Of a stretch of 64,000 bases of DNA, positions 38,472-49,994 are shown one piece after another; the stretch's first letter is position 1, and each line of letters begins with the position of its first letter. The notes under the pieces are model-generated. The model searched no databases. It was not told the DNA's origin and saw nothing but the letters and a program-made list of their open reading frames with translations. Source of the stretch: Neoechinorhynchus agilis (lineage: Eukaryota > Animalia > Acanthocephala); the NCBI GenBank assembly GCA_051530055.1, contig CM121341.1, positions 2,072,615 through 2,136,614 of the forward strand, written 5' to 3'. The translations under genes and the position numbers were made by a program.

Positions 38472-40198
38472 TTAGTTTGAAAGCCGAAAATCTGTTAGGC
38501 GAATCTTTGTCTCATTGGAGGAGCTGGTGGCTGTGAGTTTATTAGATTGGCATTCGATGAGGTTGAGCAAGATGATCCTTGATTATAGCAGTATTGACGA
38601 TCTGGTTGTTGTGAAACTGGTGGCTGGAAGGTAGAGCTTGTGAACGTGCAGAGATGTTGTCTTTGATCAAAGTCTTACATTGAACAGATTATGTTGAGAA
38701 TAAATCCATAGTCAAGAAAAAGGACAAACCTGTGTTTGAAGATGATGCATTTGAAGCGTCCATTTCTCCATGTCTTCTCGGATCACTTCCTCCGCGAATA
38801 GTTTTTCGCACAAAACTTCCTCCGGATCGTATATCGTTCATGTTGTGATGAGTAAGATCACTCGGCTCAGGAGACTGCATCAATAAAAGAAACGAACTTC
38901 GAAAACTGTCACTTCGATTTCGAGATATGTCATGATTGATTATTCCCGAAGGTTTATTCACTCCCTGAGGCTTGTTTTTTCGCATTCGTCTTCGCTTTTC
39001 CCATATTACCAAAGTGATTATAAAAGAAGTCGCGACTACTGAAAATGCAACCATCCATGCTGCCGACCAGTACATCTTTCTGGAACTAAATAACGATGGG
39101 TACCTTATTAAAAGGTGATTGATTTCATTTTCTACGTAAGCCCGAAATCGATTACACCTTCTCTACTTTATCAGGAGTGCGATACAGAATTGTATCGGAA
39201 ACAGCTTGGTGATTATCTCTTCCGACATAAGCATTTCTGGCCATTACCTTTATTCTATACAATGTTCTAGGTTTAAGGTTTCTCAATGCGGTCCGATTAT
39301 CTCCGGTAGGATAGACTAAATGTTTATACCAAAGCGCAACTGTTGACCCGGGTTTATCCATTGACCTAATCAAATCCATGTCTGGATAATCGTCAATTTC
39401 ATCATCGTCAAAATCATCAATTGTAGGCGTGTAAAGAACAACGTATTGGATTGAACTAAACACGTCTCGATTCCGATGACTTCCATGGCTCCATTGAACC
39501 CAGGCTACCGTTGGATCATGATTATCGGGGATTACGATGACCCGCGTGGGAGCGAATTGGGATCGAGCGATAGGAAGAGTCGATGCTTCTAAAATCAAAC
39601 TCCAATCACTTTGACGACCAGCTTTGGTTACAGCTGATCGGATTTCATAGATAGTATTGGACTCAAGATCCGACAAAATGGTCTGATTCCTATATCCCTT
39701 CACACGTTTCTCAATGAAAGCCATTGAATCATCCGGGGATTTGATTCTATACTCAACGATAACCGAGTCAAGGAAATCTGAATCATGGAACCAATTTACG
39801 ATCATATAATCCGACGAACGCGTCGAAACGCCGAGATTAACGGGTGGATCAGGTTTATACTCCTGTTGAAGTGTTCTAAACTGTTCTTGAGTTCCTATAT
39901 AAGCATTCCCGCGAAGGTCAATGGGTTGTACGTTTACATGGTAGACTGTATCCGGGTTAAGATTGTCTAATTTCACGTAATATGGTTGAGCATAAGTCAC
40001 TGGAACAAGGAACTTTGCATCGAATGGGCCGTCTTTTCCGTAGGTCACCATATATTCTTGAACTACTGATAGATTTGAATCTGGCGGCCATGATACAACG
40101 GCCCATGTGTCTCCTATAGGATTTACCCTGAGTTGTGATGGGTTCAAATGGATTGAAAGACAGAGATGGATGATTTGTAGAGTAGCAAGTAGCCGCAT
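38472..40198 (-). CDS. Type I membrane protein: signal peptide, three FN3 domains, TM and cytoplasmic tail; DCC/neogenin/UNC-40-like
   Basis: Hydrophobic N-terminus, three FN3 repeats (W...Y...L.P.T.Y), and a TM helix AAWMVAFSVVATSFIITLVIW followed by KRRRMRK. The last FN3 (..LKPRTLYRIKVMARN...S...YRTP) and PEPSDLTHHNM resemble DCC FN6 and the P1 motif PPDLWIHH. The FN3-TM splice junction is unresolved. Confidence 0.7.
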
Positions 40199-41510
40199 GG
40201 GGTTAGAGTACTCTTAATGGAAGTTGTCGCCTATTCTGAAAGGGAACAAATTCAACAAGAGTTAGAGAGAATGGACGCACAAGTGTGTCCGTCATATGCT
40301 GCTATAACATCGAGAAGAGGTCTATGTGGCGGCGATGATGGAGACATTCTTATAATCGAGTTCCAATCAGCTTATCAGTTGGACACGCTGAAATAGCAGT
40401 AAATATTTTTATACGGCTACCCGGGTGGGAGGTGCTAAAAGCCACACCTGATATCCCAACGTGATAGTGTGCTTTACGCGGTTGTATCTAAAAATTCTCA
40501 GAATCAGAGCCACTTTTGGCCGAAATGTTTGCTCTGATGATTGAGAACTAAAGAGCAAACATGGCTTATTCCTGGTTAGTTTCATGGGACCACTGAGACG
40601 GTGGCAATAAAACACAGAAATACGAGTGTCACTGTCAGTGGCACTGCATTCGAGAGAGAGAGAGAATAAGTAGCAGCCTTGACGTTTTCATCGGTCTGTA
40701 GGAGATCGATTACCTAAGAAAGGCATCTTTTTAAGAAAAGTGTAATGATCCTGGATAACCATGACCGAACGAGAAAGTGCGTGTAAGAGAGATTCCATTA
40801 GATTGTTGAATAATTAAATAGAGCGAGACGGACGATGCTATCTAGGAATTGATAAAGAAGACCTTGACGGACGAATAGGGAATGTCACTCATTAGAGATG
40901 GCGGCTGTGGCGACATTTGGTGTGGAATGTGATCGCAACTGACTCTGTTGGTTCTGAAAAGACTTTCTAGAATATAAGTATGGCGTCCGGGGTGGAGACG
41001 GTCGGTTGGATTTACTCAGCTGGACTTGTCCAAGAGACATATGGCGACCGTATCCGACTGGGCGATGATTGTTGGGAAAAAAGGGGGGGGATTGAAGAAA
41101 ACACTTCTAAATTCGCCTAAGCGTTTTGATAGACATTAATAAGACAGCGTCCACACTAACAATGGTATTTGTCTCATTCCGTTTTTCTGAAACTGGAAGG
41201 GAAAAAGTGTTCACAGCCGTTTTTCCGCAAAGGAGCTGAGATTTTCACAGTCTACTGCTTGATTGTTGTTCCCACTGCTGCGTGTATCGCCGATCCAACT
41301 GTTTCAATCTCGACACTGGTCTGCTGCTCTAGCAGAATAAAGAGTGACAATTATGCAACACACACATATCCTCTCCCCCTCCCTCATTCTCCTGGCAACT
41401 CGAGAAAGATTGTAGGAAGTGGTTCGGGTGATTAGAGTGCGGTGAAGTCGTCCGCTCGTTTATTTGATCGATATAAATGTCCATTTATTTTACTTAAAAA
41501 GATGTTGCGA

Positions 41511-42416
41511 TTACATTTCAGAGTATTTCGGCTCTGAATTAGTCCGATCGGTATCGTCATCTTTGTCTGAATCCAAGTAATGAGAATATCCAGATGATTC
41601 CAGTCTGAAGAAAACATTGCTCACTTCATCAGAGACTCTATCTGCTTGGTGAAACGAGAAATTCACGTGCTCATCCGGATTAAATTTTATTTTTAAGATA
41701 CTTTGCGCTCGAACTTTTTGAAATGTGTTTCCAATATTTGATAAACAAGTGGCAGCGATTAAAATGTTGCCCATGCAACTTATGATTAAGCCTGACAAAG
41801 AAATGTAGAAGCCTGAATCATACCAAAGTTTAATACAAGTATGTTGAATTGTTCGAATTGTCATTGCGAAACATACTGAGACGGATATTGTCAAGATTAC
41901 TGATAGAATAAGACCGAAAATCGGAACCATTATATTCGATTTTCGTTTAAAAAACAAATAAATCAATGTACAGGTATATGAGGCCAGCACAATCACTGCA
42001 GTTATCCAAATGTAAAAGAATGTAACAGCCACTGTAAAGCTATATCGCGGGTTTTCCATATCGTATCGTGTATTCGGTGCACCGAGTATTCGTTTTTAAA
42101 AGTAATAAAGCCCGAACGAGTCTCGGATACACACCCATCTACAGCATTCGCCTTTATTCATTATCGAATTATCTGAAGTATACATAACTGGTTCACAGTA
42201 GCCAAATAGACCCAAGTAACGAGTATGGTTTCCTTGGGTTTCGGTTACCGTCAGAATCTTCATGAAAAAGTAGGAATTGAAACCCACGATGCATAATGCA
42301 GCTCCAATTGCCTCGCAGAATATTATGACTGGAACAGCGAAAACTAGAAGATTTTGTAAGTAAACGTTTTGCATTTGTCTTGTAGTAGAATACGCCTCTA
42401 ATGCATTCATAGGCAT
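41511..42416 (-). CDS. Claudin/PMP22-like four-TM protein, paralog 1
   Basis: Four hydrophobic segments, and LGLFGYC...ECC in extracellular loop 1 (GLW-C-C-like). It shares FFKRKS[NH]I and [DE]HV[ND]F[SA]FH with 45079-45657. Confidence 0.7.
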
Positions 42417-42966
42417 TTACGACGGTGATTCGTTCTTAGGTAAAAATGAATCATTCCCCTTTTCCTCACATTTTTGAATCTTGGATCGGTGTCTCACGCA
42501 GATTCGGCATTTATAGAGTTTAAACTCTCAGAACATGTTAATATTCTTAGCTCCTGTTGCAGTCTTCTCCTTTTTATTTGGCTCCATTTTTTTTACTATT
42601 GGATGCAATTCTTATCATTAAATCAGTGGACCGTAAATTAATTGGTCGTTTTGACATTTTAAAATATTACAACGCCGGAAATCAGAACGGATACTTTTTA
42701 AAGTAGTTTTTAATTTTTTTACATTTGCTTTGTTATTTGATTTTGCACTTCTGATTTGACGAATTTTTCTCGTTTCAAGTTTCAGGAATGAACTTTACCC
42801 TATCGATCAAAAAAATTTGCCCATTGAGAATAAATAATTATTGAAATTTCCGTAATTTGGGCTTGCACGTTGTTGTTTTTCAACAAATTTTCCTCCATTT
42901 CTAGTTTCGGAAAAATTCACCAATAAGAATAATTATGAATTTTATATGTTTCATTATTTATCTTTA

Positions 42967-43514
42967 TCTTAATCAAATACACTCATGGACTTATGGCATG
43001 TCCTTTTTAGGATGCTCACATACTTCGGAAGCGCTCAGCCGCACTCGAAAGGACAGGACCCACCCCATTTCTGGCCAATGGGCGATCTCAAACCCTGACC
43101 CCCATCTTAAATCAAATACACTCATGGCCTTACGGCATGTCTTTTTGGGGATCCTTTTCGTTCTTTGGGAGCCTCTCGGCTAACTCACATACTTCGGAAG
43201 CGCTCAGCCGAACTCGAAAGGACAGGACCCACCCCATTTCTGGCCAATGGGCGATCTCAAACCCTGACCCCTATTTTAAATCGCATACACTCATGGCCTT
43301 ACGGCATGTCCTTTTTGGGATCCTTTTCGTTCTTTGGGAGCCTCTCCGCTAACTCACATACTTCGGAAGCGCTCAGCCGCACTCGAAAGGACAGGACCAA
43401 CCCCATTTGGGGCCAATGGGCGATCTCAAACCCTGACCCCCATCTTAAATCGCATACACTCATGGACTTATGGCATGTCTTTTTGGGGATCCTTTTCGTT
43501 CTTTGGGAGCCTCT
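42967..43514. repeat. GC-rich tandem repeat, 169-bp unit, ~3.2 copies
   Basis: CTCACATACTTCGGAAGCGCTCAGCCG occurs at 43015, 43184 and 43353. The first unit has an internal deletion. Confidence 0.95.
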
Positions 43515-44224
43515 GCACATCAGTATTGTAGTCGTCAATATTGTGCTTATATTATTTTTTCACGAACAGTTATACTCCTATTGTCTTAATTCGCGACTGA
43601 ATACACATCATATTTACTTCTTACATTTATCTTTATAACTAAAGTTAAGCTTTAGCTGAAGTCAAGATCACATAACCATACTAAAACTCATAAGTTGATT
43701 TTATAAAAATTGAGATCACGACCCTTCTTGTTTATTTCGAAAGCCGATATATAAATCAAATCGATCAAATTATCTTTAAAAAAAAGCATCCACGTGGATA
43801 CCTTATTGCGCTTTTGCATATTTTCGACATTGATAATTTGGAAAATTAGTGGTTACTGTGGATACTCGGATCAAAACTGAATTAACGTATCAATAAAAGC
43901 ACTTTTCATAGCATTGAGATTGAAGACTATTGTTAATTCATTCTTAAAGCGGAAATAAATCTCGTCAATTTTGACAGCCAGCGGCATATTTTCATTATGA
44001 ATAGTCGCAGAGGTACTCCTTATTTTAGAAAGTAGATTTTAAAGGAGGTTATTCGGGAGGGGTCATCGAAACCACTTCGATGAAAAGGCATTCACTTAAA
44101 CATAAGTTATTTGAAATTGATGGAATTATTCCACTATTGTTTAATCATGCATTTTCTTCATAAAACGCTCCTTAAATTTTGTTTTTAAAATTACGATTCT
44201 CATAATAAAAGACATAATTTTTTT

Positions 44225-44359
44225 AAGCATACATAATTTATAGTTTCATCAACGCTCCCATTCATCGGCACTGGCCAAAATGCTAGCCGCATTGCCCCGC
44301 TGCACCGCAATGCTTATTTTTTGCGCCAAGAACGACGTCGATCTTGGCTCTCCAGTCGC
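44225..44359 (-). mobile_element. Short 3' fragment of CRE-type retrotransposon
   Basis: Matches 17150-17280 and 60595-60690 (GCCAAAATGCTAGCCGCATTGCCCCGCTGCACCGCAATGC). Confidence 0.85.
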
Positions 44360-44982
44360 TCTCCATTTTTAGTTTATATCTAAATTTGTCTGAAGACCAT
44401 TATCAAATAATTGACCATCATCCAAACGGACATATACATTAATGGGGCCTATGGGAAACGACTTTTATCTTATTTGGCAATGACAACAACCATTTCATTG
44501 TCCGAGTCCGGGCATTCAACATCTTAATGTCTCTGGGTTTAAATTCTTAATCCCAAACCCGGGAAATTTAACAAATATTAAATATAAATATATCGCATAA
44601 TTTATAAACCCCAGGAATCTTTTTGATCGGGTTGATTTGCAGCTATTTTTAAACTTACATTAAATAACATTGCCGTACTTAATTTAAGTGAAATATTTTT
44701 TAAATATGTGAATTCGTTTCTAAGACTTTGTCCAGAATTAATGTTTCATTGTCTGGTACAGAAATATTAAAACCTGTACAAATAAACGGGACCATGACAT
44801 GTGACCCAGAGACATTAAGATGTTGAATGTCCGGACTCGGACAATGAAATGGTTGTTGTTATTGCCAAATAAGATAAAAGTCGTTTCCCATAGGCCCCAT
44901 GAATGTGTATGTCCGTTTGGATGATGGCCAATTATTAGATAATGGTCTTCAGACCAATTTAGATATAAACTAAAAATGGAGA
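44360..44982. mobile_element. 623-bp foldback/MITE-like element with 179-bp terminal inverted repeats
   Basis: 44360-44538 is the reverse complement of 44804-44982 with few mismatches (TCTCCATTTTTAG...CTAAAAATGGAGA). The AT-rich core has no ORF, and no TSD was found. Confidence 0.85.
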
Positions 44983-45078
44983 TTCAAGTTTAGATTAAAC
45001 TGACAAGCCGAATATAATTGATATTTTCGAAATTCTAACATAAACATCATACTTTACGATCCACTGTGAGACGTTAGG

Positions 45079-45657
45079 GGGAATTTCCCTGAACCAAAAC
45101 GCGCTTTTCGTCCTGCTGATGTTGGGCTTCGTGGAATTTGCCATGCGTCTCAGATTGACGGCTATAAGGTGGATTGCTGTCACGAATTCATTCAACAATT
45201 TAAAGGAATCCAGGAATCACGAATAACAGCCATTGTATGGGGATGCTTGACAGCAGTATTGTTGGCCTATGGGATGATTGTGGCGGTTCTATTTTTCAAA
45301 AGGAAATCACATATTATCATTTGGTTCATTGGAGCAGTTATTGTCACGGGTACATCGATTTCTTTACTGTTCAGTTTTGCTTATATCACAGCGACTTTTA
45401 CATCATTGGCAGCTGATTATACGATGATTTACGACTTCTATTTTGCTTTATTCGGAGTTATTTTAAGCCTGATTTCTCATATATTAACACTAATTGGCAT
45501 CTTTCATTTAATTCGAAGAAAAGCTGTCTTGTGGAGAATCAGAGCAGAATCAACGATGATTTCATGCACCGAGAGAGATCACGTCGATTTTGCATTTCAT
45601 GTGCCTGAATCACATATCCGTTTTGTACTTCCAGAGGTACCAAACAGTGTAAATTGA
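45079..45657 (+). CDS. Claudin/PMP22-like four-TM protein, paralog 2; first exon not located
   Basis: The exon after the acceptor at ~45078 reads ...VGLRGICHASQIDGYKVDCC, then three TM segments and FFKRKSHI / DHVDFAFH shared with paralog 1. Confidence 0.65.
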   Translation, partial: GNFPEPKRAFRPADVGLRGICHASQIDGYKVDCCHEFIQQFKGIQESRITAIVWGCLTAVLLAYGMIVAVLFFKRKSHIIIWFIGAVIVTGTSISLLFSFAYITATFTSLAADYTMIYDFYFALFGVILSLISHILTLIGIFHLIRRKAVLWRIRAESTMISCTERDHVDFAFHVPESHIRFVLPEVPNSVN

Positions 45658-46406
45658 AAATAAAGAAATATTCTAGCGGTTTTTATTGGATGAAAGAGCA
45701 TTCAACGAATATCCACTCTAATGACACGTGAATATCAGAACTATAAAGAGTTTCTCATAATACAAATAATTTGTGAAAATTGGCAAATTCGTCAAAGTAT
45801 TCAACAGCCAATTTCTTAAAAAAATTGCATATGTAAAAAACCTACACTAAATTGTTTTTAGCAGAATGAGGAAATCCTTAGTATGGTCAAATATCTTTCC
45901 GTTTAAAATCAAGTGCAACATTTTTAAACCCAAAATTAAATACTTTTCACATTTATCCGACTGCGTAAATTTAAATTGGTCGCATTTTATATACTTCTAA
46001 CTATTAAAATATTTTGCCGAATAAATTTTTAATCCTTGGGGCCTCGTGTAAAATTGATTAAATATAACCATCGAGCGCCTTAAAAATGCATCTTTTAACG
46101 GCGATTAGTTGAAACAGCGAACAGCTAGAAAGTAGAAATTAACACTTCCATGAAATTTGCAATTATTCAAAATCTCGGCTAATAAATCAGTTACGTCCTC
46201 TTAGCATGATACCATTTCAATCCTGATTCACTGGAACGTTTAAATTATTTAAGATTATAGAGAAACCGTATTCAATTTTTAGGTGATTTGATAGCGAACT
46301 TCCTCGAATGTCAGAAACGGACAATTGGGTTGTTGTTTATGATAAAGTGATTTTTGCTCCTAAAGCTGAAATTTGAATAATTTTTTCTTGCGCATTTCTT
46401 TGAAAT

Positions 46407-46826
46407 TCAAGGTTTACATAACGGGGTGCGGTTGCGATTATTAGCGATCGTATACTGAGCACTGTAACACTTTTTAAGCGTTTTCTTACGATAGGGGAAT
46501 GGGCGGAAGCTTACTGCTTCGTCGGAGAGAAGGGTACCAACAGAAGCGATTGGGATAGCGTTGAGCCAAGCACCCGATTCTCTAGTAGAGACTGCCGCCA
46601 ATCGAGTTCGGTTCACCAAGTCTCGAAAATCTGAAATTAAAGAGTTACGAATTCTCGCTACCAGGGGTGAGTTCCAAACTGATTGTTTGCAACCATTGGC
46701 GGCTACTTGCTCGCTGCCTGAATCTTCACACCAAAGATTAAGAGCCTCTATGAAATCTTCATCCAAAGTGTAATTCCCGCCGCCGCACGACACAGGCAAG
46801 GATCCCTGACGCCAGGTATCGTCCAA
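46407..46826 (-). mobile_element. CRE-type retrotransposon internal fragment (RT C-terminal region)
   Basis: WRQGSLPVSCGG ... QSVWNSPLV ... RLAAVSTRESGAWLNAIPIASVGTLL parallels the start of the 47678-48544 copy. It has internal deletions. Confidence 0.85.
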
Positions 46827-47677
46827 GAGCTGAGTATTTAAATATTATCCAGCCAGGCTGCCAAAGTTTCGTCTAATTGTTTCATCTTATCTTTGTGTCC
46901 AAAAAAACGTGCTGTGCGCAGCTTATACAGCAGTTTTGGAGCACTAAAATCAGAGTTTTTTAAAAATATTTTAATACCAAATTTTCCCTGCTGTCAATTT
47001 CACTTACCATTTTAGAAAATTCCTTTATACAAAGTGGTTAACCGTTTCTTATTCATTTTTGTTAGGCACTCGTTTTATGACAATAAAAAGTCTAATATAA
47101 CATTTCGCTTTTTAAGCATTCCTCGTACGTTCTTAATGGAATTATCAATAGTTTATTAATACCGGGAAAAAATGCACTTAGGAAAAACGGGTCAATGAGT
47201 AACTTTGTGTGAATTAGTTATAATCATCGGTGGATTACAGTGAAAATGAATTAAAACTTGAGCAGAGAAATCAACAACGATGGACAAAAATAAGTAACAA
47301 ATAATAATTATTATAAAGCTTGTTTCCAAAAATTCAAAATTTAAAAATAAATACAATTAGTAGAGATATTGTATCGCTCGCTCGAGTATTTTCTTTCCTT
47401 TTTGTGTTTCTTTTCTTATTTAATTGTTTATTCCGAAGATATGCAATATTTAAATTTTCAAACTTGTATAAACTTTTATTATTTTAACCTTTGAGTTTCA
47501 CACCGATTTCTCCAGTGCTCGCATTTTTGCTTTTACCCTAAAAACGGCGAAGAGTACTTGGAATAAATTGCGAAACGCATGAACATTCTATATTTCGTAA
47601 AGCCCAAATCTCATCAAATTTCAATGCTAAAAATGTATTAACTTGAGGTAAATCTTTTCTGTAAGTTGATGCTTTTT

Positions 47678-48544
47678 TTACCAACATAATATATTTTTAA
47701 CAGTTAAAACAATCTGTTTGAAGCACACTCCACACCTCCCGCCAAATTCCAGCTTTTGTCCTTCCTCCACCGTCGCCATCACGCTGGCAGCATTGCCTCG
47801 TTTTACTGCCAGCGAGATATTTTGTCGAAGGAATACACCTGCTCTTGAGTCTCCGGTTGCCTCTCTCAATTTCTTCGAGACATCCTGGAGCAGAGCGAGT
47901 GCCGAGCTGCCGAGCGCTCCATACGTCTCTACCTTAAAGGGGACAAAATAGTGAGCCCTCGATAAGTGAATATATTTCCGTATTTTCCTCCCTTCCGCTG
48001 CACTGGCGGCACCACCGGCGATTTCGAGGGAGTAGGGGATGTTGCTGGCTGCGAGGGTATCCACACACGTGGCGTCCCAGAGAAGGCATTTGCCCTCCTG
48101 CCACGGGAAGACCGAAATTCCATCGGGCCTACGGCCGTCTAGTCTACAGAGGTGGGCGGGTTCCAGGATGTTCGGGAAGTTCGCCGTTCTCAACGCCCGA
48201 GAAATTACGTTATTGATTTCAGAATGGCGTGAAAACCTTCCTGCTGACCTTCTGCAGACGAGACCGTATCGCCCGAAAGCATCAACCAAAGACCCACATC
48301 GACAGCGATGGGGCGTGCATATCGGGAGACCGAATCTTAAGGATACTGCGATCCTCGTCACCTCGTCAGTAAGAAGAGTTCCCACAGATGCCAGAGGAAC
48401 AGCCTCCAACCACGCCCCAGATTCTCGTGTTGAAACTGCCAACAGTCTAGCTCGGACGACCCCATCGCGAGAACCTGAAAGTAGAGAGCTGTGAGCTCTC
48501 GCGACAAGAGGTCCGTCCCAGATCGACTGTCTGAGGCCATTCAC
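47678..48544 (-). mobile_element. 5'-truncated CRE-type non-LTR retrotransposon ORF (zinc knuckle plus restriction-like endonuclease)
   Basis: Motifs SGAWLEAVP, CRCG...YGLVC (CCHC knuckle with H replaced by Y), RPDG...WDATCVDT, K..KY, FVPF.VET.G and AVKRGNAASV are the typical PD-(D/E)xK tail of CRE-clade elements. Confidence 0.92.
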
Positions 48545-48952
48545 GGGAACATGGTTAGCGCCTGTCTGCTGGCAATTTTGTCAACTGAAACTTTGATTTA
48601 TTTTATATACGTACAATATGGGATCTTATAAAATTTGGTTATTATTTTTTGCTATCTAAAAACAAAGTAAAAGGCGAAGAAATTGATTGCTGAAATATTA
48701 CAAAAAATGAATGCGAGCACATTTAAAAAAAATCAAATCTTCTTACTTTTCAATTTCGATTTGCGTATTTACCATTCTTTTTTGTCTAGTTTTCTTCGAT
48801 TGTCTAAAGCATAAATCTAATCTCCCAATAAAATCTCGATTGCTAATACTATTTCAAAACAGATTTTATCGCAATTTTGAAATACTTTATCTTCTGAGTT
48901 TTAGACACAAGAGCTTTCCTTCCGCATACTATAATCTTTAAACGTCGTTTAG

Positions 48953-49643
48953 ATGGCACATATCCGCCAGGATTGCTTTAACGAGCTATTAAAACGTGAA
49001 GAAAACCTGAAATCCGTTGTTATGCTAAAAGAAAATGAGATTAAAGGCGGTACAATAGTCGAGATATGGAGCAACGAAGGTGCTGGTGAGTTCATCTGAT
49101 ACAGGTGAATTGATACTACTGGTATTCTTGATTTAAGATCGTTCTTCGATTTTGGTCAAAGCATGTCACGATCAAGGAAGTCAATCCATTTGGATTGATA
49201 TGAGCCAAAGATTACCACATCAAGTTCCATCAATGATTATCCGGACAAAATCAGCTCAAGAAACGTGTATTGCTTTGCATTATCTCGAATGCGGTGAAGT
49301 GGAAGGTCCAACGGCAAAGCTCGTTATTCTCGACGCGGCAACTGAACACTATTGGTCGTCTCGATTTTTTAAAGGAAACGGCGTTGATTGGTTTGATAGA
49401 ATGGTCGATATGATCGCATCTTTGGCGTCAAGATACGCTATGATTTTCATACTCAGCTGTGATTTTCTCTATACAACGCACTCCGATCAGCTTGCAGGAA
49501 ACAAATACCAATGTCCACGAGGTGCAAATTGGCCAATATTCAAATGGCCAGCGTTGAGCGACGTCAAAAGGTTTTATCTTGAAGGCGTTAACGAAAATGT
49601 AGCACGGCTTTTTGAGATAAAGAACAAAATTGATGGATGCTAA
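48953..49643 (+). CDS. XRCC2: RAD51 paralog, XRCC2-like (212 aa, 2 exons; intron 49086-49137)
   Basis: ELLKR near the N-terminus, GTIVEIWSNEGA at the P-loop position, WID after it, and LVILDAATEHYWSSR matching the XRCC2 ILDSLSAFYWIDR motif. Confidence 0.7.
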
Positions 49644-49994
49644 TGAGGTGATTCGAATTAGATTAAGCGAATAATTATCGATGATGCAACATCTATCGCC
49701 GAAACCAAAGTGGAAGAGGAACTTTCAGTACTCATTTTATCCGCTTCATTTAACCAAGATATCGGGATGTGCCTAATGATAATAATCAACAATAGAAAAA
49801 GGCCGCCTTTCAACACTTAAGGAAATGTTGCCAACTCGCCAGACTTCAAAAGATATTTCATTCCCTCTTTTTGGTCATCTAAAAAGGTTTTAACTATTTT
49901 ATATGGCTCGTGTACGTGGGATCGCAATTTCCGAAGCGATATTTCCTTACAACTCATTTTACTCTGTTGATAATTTAATGCGTGTGTTTAAAAA

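Noticed and set aside
43137-43638. ORFs with repeated peptides
   Set aside because: They are by-products of the 169-bp tandem repeat, whose unit is not a multiple of three.
44389-44470. CTGAAGA-CCAT...ATGG-GAAA-CGAC in the foldback TIR as a hammerhead
   Set aside because: The closing pair is inverted, the loop is very long, and the required U of the cleavage triplet is A.
47585-47625. TTGATGA...GAAATATA on the minus strand
   Set aside because: The intervening sequence forms no stem II, and there is no inverted arm or family tail.
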